Below, one piece after another: positions 34,796-43,779 of a stretch of DNA of 64,000 nt. The position numbers were made by a program, and so were the translations under genes. Below the pieces are notes generated by a model. The model was given only the letters and a program-made list of their open reading frames with translations, did not search any database and was not told the origin of the DNA. The DNA comes from Prorocentrum cordatum. Its lineage: Eukaryota. Location of the stretch: contig CAUYUJ010000203.1 of NCBI GenBank assembly GCA_963575745.1, forward strand, positions 1-64,000. Reading direction: 5' to 3'. The stretch's first letter is position 1, and the number at the start of each line of letters is the position of its first letter.

Positions 34796-36406
34796 TGGGA
34801 TGATGTCACTGGAAACGAGCTCGATCCTAAATTAACTGTAAAAGCACGCCAAGAAGAAATGAAACAATTCAGAAAACACAAAGTTTACGAGAAAGTGAAG
34901 GAGGAAGTATGCTGGCAAATTACGGGGAAGGCACCCATCGGAGCCAGATGGATAGACATCAACAAAGGAGATGAATTAAGCCCAGACCACAGGTCAAGGC
35001 TAGTGGCCCAACAGGTTAAATACAATTCCAAAGAAAATGATATATTCGCAGCTACACCTCCACTGGAGGCACAGAAACTGCTCTTCTCAATGGCAGTTAC
35101 CGAAGGAGTTGGATTCACGAATGGTGAGCGTGAGAAAGGATTAAAGCTAGCATTCGTTGACATCAAACGAGCTTACTTTTACGCCCCAGCAAAGAAAGAC
35201 ATATTTATCAGGTTACCAGACGAGGACTATGAACCAGGTATGTGCGGAAAACTATTAAAATCAATGCACGGAACCAGGGGCGCCGCGAGCAACTGGGAAG
35301 ACTGTTACATGGACTTTGCTAACGAGGCTGGGTTCAAGAGCGGAATTGCGTCACCATGCGTATTCAAACATGAGAGTCGAGCGTTATGGTTCACAGTTCA
35401 TGGAGATGATTTCACGCTGTTAGGAGGTGATCATGATCTCGACTGGTTTGAAAATAAAATTAAGGATGAGTTTGAAGTAAAAGTGAGAGGACGACTTGGA
35501 CCAGGGAAGGAGGACATGAAGGCGATCAGAATTCTTAACAGGATTGTGGAATGGACGGAGGAAGGATTGAGATATGAGGCAGATCGAAGGCATGCAGAGA
35601 TAATTGTGAAAGAGCTTGAGCTAGAGGGAGTAAAAGTGAGGACTGAAGTGCCCGGTGAGCGCACTCCAGTTGAAGAGGGAGATGAGGTGGAACTTTCGCC
35701 CAACATGACTAAGAGATATCAAGCGTTGACGGCCAGAGCGAATTACTTAGCTCAGGACAGGTCAGACATACAGTATTCTGTAAAGGAACTAGCTAGGACC
35801 ATGTCAAAGCCAACGATGAGGTCTTGGAAGGGTTTGGTCAAGTTAGGAAAGTATTTGAAGTACCGCAGCAGAAGCAGCTATGTGTACCAATATCAGGAAC
35901 AGCCCCGAGAATTAACGATTTGGACCGACACGGATTACGCAGGATGTAAGCGAACCAGGAAGTCTACGAGTGGAGGAGTAGTAATGTGGGATAAACATCT
36001 TATAAAATCTTGGAGCACGACTCAAAGCGTGATCGCATTATCGTCAAGGGAAGCAGAATATTATGGGCTAGTGAAAGGAGGATCAGTGGGTCTAGGACTT
36101 CAGGCAGTACTGAGAGACTTTAACTTGGAAGTTGACATCACCATGAAGAGTGACGCCACGGCTGCGATTGCCATTGCGAGCAGACGAGGCTTGGGGAAAG
36201 TGAGACATATTGAAGTGTGTCAACTGTGGTTACAGCAGAAGGTAAAGGAAGGAGTACTTCGTATTGTGAAAGTAGGGACACATGAGAACACAGCTGATGC
36301 ATTAACCAAGTATGTCAGTCGTGAAAGCATGAGCGCACACCTACGAAACACGTGTCAATGTGCATTAACAGGTAGGCATGGTCTTGCGCCAGCTACAGAA
36401 TGTTGA
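34796..36406 (+). CDS. pol: Element B reverse transcriptase plus RNase H (open frame 34316-36406)
   Basis: AWDDVTG, RWIDINKGD, RSRLVAQ, FAATPPLEA, DIKRAYF, TVHGDDF, RILNR; RNase H TDTDYAG, STSGG, EAEYY, SDATAA, RHIEV, ADALTK. Confidence 0.97.
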   Translation, partial: WDDVTGNELDPKLTVKARQEEMKQFRKHKVYEKVKEEVCWQITGKAPIGARWIDINKGDELSPDHRSRLVAQQVKYNSKENDIFAATPPLEAQKLLFSMAVTEGVGFTNGEREKGLKLAFVDIKRAYFYAPAKKDIFIRLPDEDYEPGMCGKLLKSMHGTRGAASNWEDCYMDFANEAGFKSGIASPCVFKHESRALWFTVHGDDFTLLGGDHDLDWFENKIKDEFEVKVRGRLGPGKEDMKAIRILNRIVEWTEEGLRYEADRRHAEIIVKELELEGVKVRTEVPGERTPVEEGDEVELSPNMTKRYQALTARANYLAQDRSDIQYSVKELARTMSKPTMRSWKGLVKLGKYLKYRSRSSYVYQYQEQPRELTIWTDTDYAGCKRTRKSTSGGVVMWDKHLIKSWSTTQSVIALSSREAEYYGLVKGGSVGLGLQAVLRDFNLEVDITMKSDATAAIAIASRRGLGKVRHIEVCQLWLQQKVKEGVLRIVKVGTHENTADALTKYVSRESMSAHLRNTCQCALTGRHGLAPATEC

Positions 36407-36494
36407 TATTCGCAGCTCATTTCTGTCAAGCAAGCTGCAGCGATTAAAAGTCTTCTCCACCCATTACCTCTTACTCTTGGGCGTGAACGAAGGC

Positions 36495-38948
36495 ATGGCG
36501 GCTCCCCAGGTCAACCTCACCATCAACGGCTCCATGGTCGACCAGAGCCCGGCTGGGGATGGACCGGTTACGCGTGAGAACCTCAACCGCCGTGTTGACG
36601 ACATCGCCCACGTTGCTCGCGCGTTTACCGTGACCCTCGCTAACATGGCGATTAACTTTCACGGAGCCTACGACAAACACGTTGACGAGGTGCAAAGGGC
36701 CGCTGATGACATGGCGAAGAGGATCGAGGACTTAACGCGGCAGAACGATGGGTTGATCCAGGCCAGTGACGACGTCAACGAGAATCTCCAGAGGGCGCAA
36801 GCAGAAATTAACGCTCTGATGGCGACAATTACGGAGCTGAACATCCAGAATCGTGACTCGGGGGTTAACACGGCGGAGAATGCAACCAAGTACAGGCGCA
36901 TCAACGACAACATTGGTTACCTCCTGAACACCGCCAAACGCCTTACCGAGAACATCACGCCCCTGCAGGACTTCGAGGGCAAACGAGATGCGGCACTACG
37001 CATGTTGGTGGGAGTTACCGAGAGACTCGAAGGATTACAGAGGTTCTTGAATGACCCGATCAGTTCTTCGGTTACCATCATCCCGCAGGTGCCTCCGCCG
37101 TTACCCGAGCTGCCCCCAACGGCAGTGGCCGCCAAGGCGCCTCCCACTGCAGTCAACGCGGCGGCCGAGGCTAGCAAGCCTCTGGCCCGAGCTGCCGCGG
37201 CCTCGAGTGCACCCCCGGCTCAGGGCTTTACCGGTACCACGCCCAAGACCGGAGGGTTCGGTCGATCCGTGTCGCCGAATAAGATCCCGCAGTCAACGGC
37301 ACCTCAACCTGTTTACAAGAAAGCACCCAAGGCCATGCATGAGCGTAAACGGGAACTGGAAGAGTTACTGCAGATCGGCATGAAGATGGATGAAGACCGT
37401 GCGCAGAGCAGTCAACGTGACGAAGCACCAAAAGGTCCTGCCCCGGTGGTGAACGTGAGGACGCCCAAGCCGCCTCCTCCAGGCCTTGGCGAGTCAAGTG
37501 CATCGAGCAGTGTTAGCGGCATGAATCCCCCGCCCCCAGTGCCCAAGAAGTTATCGACCCAGCGCGTCCCTCCACCGCAGCCTCAAGCTGTTAACCGTAC
37601 GGACGAGCAGCTTGCGGCATACTCGCGGAATGTTGCCAGGGCCGTGCACCGCCCACTGTGCCACGTCAACGGCCACATGCCTATGGTGAACGACAGGTGC
37701 GAGGACCACGACGTCAACTACAAGGTGGAGCCCGACCCCAGGGAAGTAGTCGCGTTAACGATGAAGACGCGCGACAACTGGCGCAGGTTCGAAGACAACT
37801 TCGTCGGACATGTGGCGAAAGCGGGGTTGACGACTCCTGGTGGTCGATCTATTCATGGCAACACGGGGCGGGAACTTAACGAGTTCGATGAAGTGTTCGT
37901 CGACATTTACGGGCAGCACTCTTACGGCTTCCTCGGCTATTCAGTGTTGAAGGGCCCGTGCAGCTGGATATCGCAGTTGACGGAGAAAGAGTTGGCCAAG
38001 CACGACGAGTGGGTTGACGCGGTCGGACACGTACAATCCCTGTTCGACGACGAGTACGTGCCGCCAATCCACGTTGACGATCTCCACCCAGTGTGGTTCG
38101 ACGTTCACAGCTGCCCAGATACACGGGTTTACGTCAACAAGGTACCAGAAATGAATGAGAAGCAGCTTAACGGCCTTCTCCTAACGTGGGCAGGGATGCT
38201 GCCCCACGGCAACCCCACCGTGGTCTCCGTTAAGCACTTGGTGGAAGACACTTACGGGCCGCACGGTTACATCTCAACTGGGGTTACCGTGATCCGGTTT
38301 GCGACGCATGACCTTGCCAAGCTCTATTGCCGTTACATGAACGGGCTCCAGGTGTATTACCGCAACTACTTCATCGAGGACCTCGAGGTCAGGAGCGCCG
38401 AGGAGTTAAAGGGCAGCATCAACAAGCCTCCAGTTTACTGGCACCAGACCATCTTAGACGTCGCTCTTAACGATCAGGGGTCCATGAGGGCACTTTACCG
38501 TGACAACTGGCCGGCTGATCACATCACCGAGCGTAAAAGTGACCACCGCGAGAAGCTCTGCTGGTTTGGATGGTTGCCGTGCGACGACTTCCCCAACTGG
38601 CTTACCGACCCGGCCTGGACTGTGAACCCATTTACCGGAGTTGCGGTCGAAGAGCACCTCCGTAACAATCCAGGTGGTAAACCTCTGTTGAAGGCTCCCC
38701 ACGCCAGTTACTGGAGGGCCATCGGCACTTACCACAACATTGTTGACGGGTCCATCAAGAGCTTTGACGAGGGGTGCTGGCTCGACGACGAGGAGCGCAT
38801 TAACGCGTACTTGGACACCGACTATTACAGCCAGATGCAGGCCCTTAACAGGGTGTCGCCCTACACGGCGGCCAGCGTGGGGCATCGTGGTTTACCGAGG
38901 TCCAGGGGCGCACGCGCTCCGTCAGCGAGGCGCCCGCGCCGCTCGTAA
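36495..38948 (+). CDS. Element B 3' accessory ORF (817 aa from the likely ATG): coiled coil, Pro-rich linker, RRM-like domain, basic tail
   Basis: Uninterrupted ORF between pol stop and 3' LTR with GC3-rich codon use; heptad region about 36570-37050; RRM-like segment 38121-38399 (RVYVNKVP...TGVTVIRF...AKLYCRYMNG...DLEVRSA). Confidence 0.85.
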   Translation: MAAPQVNLTINGSMVDQSPAGDGPVTRENLNRRVDDIAHVARAFTVTLANMAINFHGAYDKHVDEVQRAADDMAKRIEDLTRQNDGLIQASDDVNENLQRAQAEINALMATITELNIQNRDSGVNTAENATKYRRINDNIGYLLNTAKRLTENITPLQDFEGKRDAALRMLVGVTERLEGLQRFLNDPISSSVTIIPQVPPPLPELPPTAVAAKAPPTAVNAAAEASKPLARAAAASSAPPAQGFTGTTPKTGGFGRSVSPNKIPQSTAPQPVYKKAPKAMHERKRELEELLQIGMKMDEDRAQSSQRDEAPKGPAPVVNVRTPKPPPPGLGESSASSSVSGMNPPPPVPKKLSTQRVPPPQPQAVNRTDEQLAAYSRNVARAVHRPLCHVNGHMPMVNDRCEDHDVNYKVEPDPREVVALTMKTRDNWRRFEDNFVGHVAKAGLTTPGGRSIHGNTGRELNEFDEVFVDIYGQHSYGFLGYSVLKGPCSWISQLTEKELAKHDEWVDAVGHVQSLFDDEYVPPIHVDDLHPVWFDVHSCPDTRVYVNKVPEMNEKQLNGLLLTWAGMLPHGNPTVVSVKHLVEDTYGPHGYISTGVTVIRFATHDLAKLYCRYMNGLQVYYRNYFIEDLEVRSAEELKGSINKPPVYWHQTILDVALNDQGSMRALYRDNWPADHITERKSDHREKLCWFGWLPCDDFPNWLTDPAWTVNPFTGVAVEEHLRNNPGGKPLLKAPHASYWRAIGTYHNIVDGSIKSFDEGCWLDDEERINAYLDTDYYSQMQALNRVSPYTAASVGHRGLPRSRGARAPSARRPRRS

Positions 38949-39347
38949 ACGGTGACAGGTGACTGGCATGCTTTTCTTTTACGCTATCCCTCATCTCCCC
39001 TCTCAGCCCGGCTTAACAATCGCGTTGCAGTGGCTTATTGAGCTGAATCTGTGTGCATGTGCATCTTTTATAGTTACCGCAGGTATTGGCGCATAAAAAG
39101 CGAAAACAATCAAAATCATATAAATGCTAGCCTGCCGTGTGAACTTTGGATGCTACATTTAAACTCGTAACTGCTTGAATGTTTACTTGAGCTCATGTTG
39201 CATGTCTGAGAGACGTGGTGTTCGTGAACGTTGTTACGAGATATTTCGAATTCGGCAACGTAGCGATGTATGCGCAGCCTGTTGCTTGATTCAACCTGTC
39301 TTTGCGTTTATAGGCACCTCCCCGTCAGCCAATGCGGACTGGCGTCC

Positions 39348-39355
39348 GAGGGGGG
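39348..39355 (+). promoter_or_regulatory. Polypurine tract GAGGGGGG of element B
   Basis: Immediately precedes the 3' LTR TG. Confidence 0.8.
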
Positions 39356-39530
39356 TGTTAACATGCAAGCGTTCAGGTGACAGGGGAGGAATAGCAACCC
39401 TATTGCCTTTGGCTCAAGTGTTTAACGGCTGAAGCTACTTAGACCTGCTTTGCCGTTCGGGAGTATAAAGGTGACCTATCATTATCATTGTTGCCAGGCT
39501 CCCGTGCAGAACCCTCTTCGGGGTTTTGCA
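39356..39530 (+). repeat. 3' LTR of element B
   Basis: Direct repeat of 28774-28948. Confidence 0.97.
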
Positions 39531-40439
39531 GGAGGAGGAGGCGGAGGTGGCGGTGGCGGAGGCGGAGGCGGAGGCGGAGGCGGAGGCGGAGGAGGAGGAG
39601 AAGGAGGTGGACGAGGAGGAGGAGGAGGAGGAGGAGGGAGGAGGAGGAGGAGGAGGAGGAGTACGATGGAGGAGGGAGGAGGAGGAGGAGGAGGAGGAGG
39701 AGGAGGAGGAGGCGGCGGAGGCGGAGGCGGTTGCGGATACGGAGGCGAATGAGGGGGAGGATGAGGCGGAGGATGAGGAAGAGGAAGGGGAGCACTACTA
39801 TTAACATCAATAATAAGAGTAATACCAGTTCGACTCATAAGAAGACTAGTAGTAAGAGGAAGAGGAGGAGGAGGAGGAGGAGGAGGAGGAGGAGGAGGAG
39901 GAGGAGGAGGTGAGGAGGGAGGAGGAGGAGGAGGGGGGGAGGAGGAGGGAGGAGGAGGAGGAGGAGGAGGAGAGGAGGAGGAGGAGAGGAGGGAGGAGGG
40001 AGGAGGGAGGAGGAGGAGGGAGGAGGGAGGAGAGGAGGAGGAGGGGGAGGAGGAGGAGAGGAGGAGGAGGAGGAGGAGGAGGAGAGAGGAGGGGGAGAGA
40101 GAGGAGGAGGAGGAGGAGAGGAGGAGGGAGGAGGAGGAGGAGAGGAGGAGGAGGAGAGAGGGAGGAGGAGGAGGAGGAGGAGGAGGAGAGGAGGAGGAGG
40201 AGGAGGAGGAGGAGGGAGGAGGAGGAGGAGGAGGAGGAGAGGAGGAGGAGGAGAGGAGGAGGGAGGAGGGGAGGAGGAGGAGGAGGAGGAGGAGGAGGAG
40301 GAGGAGGAGGAGAGGAGGAGGAGGAGGAGGAGGAGGAGAGGAGGAGGGAGGAGAGGGAGGAGGAGAGGGGGATGGGGGAGGGGGAGGGGACGAGGAGGAG
40401 GAGGAGGAGGAGGAGGAGGAAGAGGAGGAGGAGGCGGCC

Positions 40440-40489
<50 letters not shown>

Positions 40490-40510
40490 GGGGGAGGAGG
40501 AGGGGAAGGA
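39531..40510. repeat. Long (GGA)n-derived purine tract; target of element B, left part at 28715-28773
   Basis: Directly visible. Confidence 0.9.
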
Positions 40511-40653
40511 CGAGTGAGGATTGAGGAGATGGGGCGGGGGCGGGTGGGATGGAGGCGAGGGGGCCTAGCACCCGTCTTTCCTCCAGTCCCCTCCCGATCT
40601 TGTCCCGAGAGGCGAGCACTACGGCGAGCCAGACAGCGAGCCAATCACGGCAG

Positions 40654-40752
40654 GGCATGAAGAAGTTCTTGCGAGCCGGCTCTGCCGCGCCGCAAGCGTT
40701 TTCCACCGAGAAGCTTACCAAGCTGAAGTCGCAGAAGGCGCAGTCTTCGGAG
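40654..40752 (+). CDS. Candidate host-gene exon (GMKKFLRAGSAAPQAFSTEKLTKLKSQKAQSSE)
   Basis: CAG|G acceptor, 99 nt phase 0, GAG|GC donor, GC3-rich codons. Confidence 0.55.
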
Positions 40753-42558
40753 GCCCAGAAGCAGGGAAAGGGGGCGACGTGGCGGGGGCAAGGACTGGCG
40801 ACGGGTGATGACTAGGAGGGAGGAGGGGGCAGGGAGAAGGAGGTGGCCGAGGATGAGCATGCAGGGGGGGTGGGGAGGAGAGGGGAGAGGGTGGAAACGA
40901 AATGGAGGAGGAGCCGCAGGAGGGAGGACGGGGGAAAAGAGCAGGAGGAGGAGGAGTAGGAGGAGTTAGAGGAGGACGAGGATCATAATGTTGAGGGGTG
41001 GGGGGGATTGAGGAGGATTGAGGAGGGCGAAAAGAAAGGGGGAGAAGAAGGATATATCGTGATGTAGGGGTAGGTCGCGACGCTTTCCTTGATTCAAGCC
41101 AGAGCTAACCCTCTACATCTGCCTGTCCTGGCGGTCAGGCGAAAGCTGACGAACTGCCTCGCGCGCGAACTTGACTCTGCAGTAAAGCTGAAGACCTGCA
41201 AACGTTCACGCATAAGCTGATCCCTGCGAAGCGAAAATGGGGCTTGCACGACCCCCGTTGCAGCCACAGTGCCTGTTGCCACTGCCCGCCGTCCCTCGCG
41301 GACTGATCACCCGGGTTTGAGAGCTGAAGGCGGCCCAGGCTGACTACGTGGCCTCGGCTGACCTGGGTCCGAGTTTCTTCGGGCCAGCGTGTCTCCAGCC
41401 TTCGCAGACCCCAGACGTCTTAGAAAAAATCGTTGCGACGGACGTTTGCTCACGCTGAGCTGCGCACGCTTTGGTTTTTTGGCTCAAGGCCAAGCCGAGC
41501 GCACGCTGACTGGAAAAGGTACTCGCCTTTCATCCCACATCCTTCTACTCGTTCCACTGCGATCGTCATGTCAGAGGATTTACCGTTAGTCGCTGTGACA
41601 AGAATAGAAGATCCATCCAGAGGCCAGTTTCGGGTCTTGTGGCAATCACAAGTCGGCCTGGGGCCAGAAGCCGTCCCCTGTGAGGAGTGCTGAGGTCCAG
41701 GGGCCACATGTCTCAGAACGCCGATCGCCGAAGTGTTCGCTGGGAGACGACCTCATCGTCGACACCAAGCCATGTCAAGTCGTGCCAAACACACCCTCAC
41801 CGGACAGAGTAATGCAACTCCTGTTGCCCGCGAGGGTCCACTGGAACCCTCGCACACGCCCCGAATCGCTCCAGAAGGCCCGTTAAACTTCGATCGTCGA
41901 CGACTGCGACGAAAGTTGCATTACTCGTACAGGGGGGCAACAATTCGCACCCTGAGGCGACATGGTACAGTGGTGGGGCCCGATGCCCAGGGACCAGCCG
42001 ATGTGCCCTTTTGTGCACGCAGTGGAAGTCCATACCAAGAACCCTGCTTGCCCCCAGTGTGCCTCGGGTTTCCTGGGTTTCGGTGCTTTTGCCATGGGAA
42101 GCGTGACGTTCCCACACCAAGAATGAATGGACGTCCTGGGGTCTCAGGGTTGGGTTTCTTGTGAAACGGTTATTGTGGTCGAGCTCCTACTGCATGAGCT
42201 CTTTCAACCTGTCCCCGAAAAGGCCCATGGGCCCTTTGGGGGACAGCCTCCTGGCTCCCGGCTCCCAGCTCAGCTCAGCTCAGCAAGGGTGCGAGTATGT
42301 CTTTTTTGCCTTCATCTTCCGCGGCCAGGCCGAAACCCGATGGAACTGGGTTTGCCGCCCTCCTTCCGAGACTTCCAGCTGCTTCAATTTTGTTGATGCG
42401 TGGGCCCCGGAGGTCTGGACCATTTCCCTGCAGTTCTGCATCCTGAAAAACGTGCTTGACGACGGTCCCGAGGCCCGGCGAGGGCCCCTGGAGGCTGAAG
42501 ACGGCCAACATTTGCCGCTCCGTCTTTGTGTCGGAGCGTCGGATCTCTGGGCTCTGAA

Positions 42559-42577
42559 TGACGAGCCAACAACACAT

Positions 42578-42608
<31 letters not shown>

Positions 42609-42786
42609 CACACACACCCATACCCATAGGGGGGTCGGAGAGGGCTATGGGTGCGCGTTGTCGGATGGGGGTCCCCGCTCGAACGGGAGCGTTCCCTAGG
42701 GTCCGACAACCCGCACCCATACCCATAGCCAGTCCTCCTCCCAACGACCCCCTTAATGGGTATGGGTGTGTGTTGTTCGTTCGTCA
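42559..42786. mobile_element. MITE with TG...CA ends, long imperfect TIRs and 5-bp TSD CTGAA
   Basis: Left end tgacgagccaacaacac(ac)n ccatacccatagggg; reverse complement of right end tgacgaacgaacaacacacacccatacccattaagggg; CTGAA at 42554-42558 and 42787-42791. Confidence 0.8.
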
Positions 42787-43779
42787 CTGAATGCCTCCGC
42801 CACGACCCTCATCCTGAGGGACGCTCGAGGCATTGGCGCGACGGCACAAGAGCACAGGTTGCGTTGGAGGCCCGCGCGGGCTGCCTCGGGTCCGCGCCAG
42901 ACTCCCCTCTTCCTCCTCCACCTCCTCCTCATCCTTCTCCCCTCCTCCTCTTCCTCTTCCCCCTCCTCCTCCTCCTCCACTTCCTCCTCCTCCTCCTCCT
43001 CCTCCTCCTCCTGCAGGGTCGGGGAGTCCAGGGCAGACTGGGCAGGGACCTGGCTTGCCTCACAGGCCCACCAGAGCATGTTCTAAGGGCCTTTTGTGGT
43101 CTGCGCGAGGTGTTCTCGGACCGTGCATGGCTGAGCCCACCTTGTGTTGACACGTCGGGCTTGTGTTATGATGGCACGTTTTGTTCTTGGAGCATTTGGG
43201 GGTTCTCAGAACACGTCGTGGTAGGCCTGTAGGGATGCCGGGACGGTCGGCCCCTGCGCGAATTGGGCATGCAGCTGGTTTCGGCCCCGCCGCCCGGCCC
43301 ATTTCTCGATGCATGGGCGCCTCCCAGCGCCAGGAGGCTCGGGCCGAACGACAGGGGGGGATAGGGAAAGGGGGGGTTACGAAAGCTGCTGCATGCGGTT
43401 GGTTTCGGCCCCGCTGCCGGGCCCAGTCCTCGATACATGGGCGCCTCGCCTCCCGGCGCCGGTGGGCGCTGGGAAAATCAGCTACGTGAGCTGATTCTCT
43501 ACCCTACCGTCCGCTATGCCCCCCTTTCGTTCCCCCCAAGAGGCGTCCCTGAAAGCCTGCTGCGTGATCTGAGTCTCTGCCCTGCCCTCTGCTGTCCTAC
43601 CCATTTCGCACCCCCCCCGAGAAATCGACTAGACGTAAGAGTGACCTTTCGCCGGAGTGGCCTTTGGTGCGGGACCAATGGGGCCCCCGATTGTCGAACG
43701 CGATGCGGCAGTAGCGTCTTGTGCGCTCGTGTTTGGTCCCCCCCCCGGCCCCCCAATTAATCGGCGATTCCCCAGGAGG

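Larger units (their letters stand above)
28774..39530 (+). mobile_element. Ty1/copia LTR retrotransposon, element B (10.76 kb, full length, relatively young)
   Basis: 175-bp TG...CA LTRs with 2 mismatches, TSD GGAGG inside a (GGA)n tract, PBS, PPT, gag-PR, INT, RT, RH in copia order, plus a large 3' ORF. Confidence 0.97.

Noticed and set aside
29063..36406. Apparent paradox of near-identical LTRs versus about 7 disabling lesions in gag-pol and none in the accessory ORF, read as domestication or trans-mobilisation
   Set aside because: LTRs are only 175 bp, so 2 differences give a wide age interval; at about 1 lesion/kb an unhit 2.45-kb ORF is not significant, and RT-RH is also open. Needs multi-copy dN/dS.
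36378..36494. ORF-track start (ATG 36378) for the accessory ORF
   Set aside because: It overlaps the pol end and the first 39 codons look like UTR; ATG 36495 has better context and marks the compositional shift.
36495..38948. Accessory ORF as retroviral-like Env
   Set aside because: No signal peptide, fusion peptide or transmembrane anchor visible.
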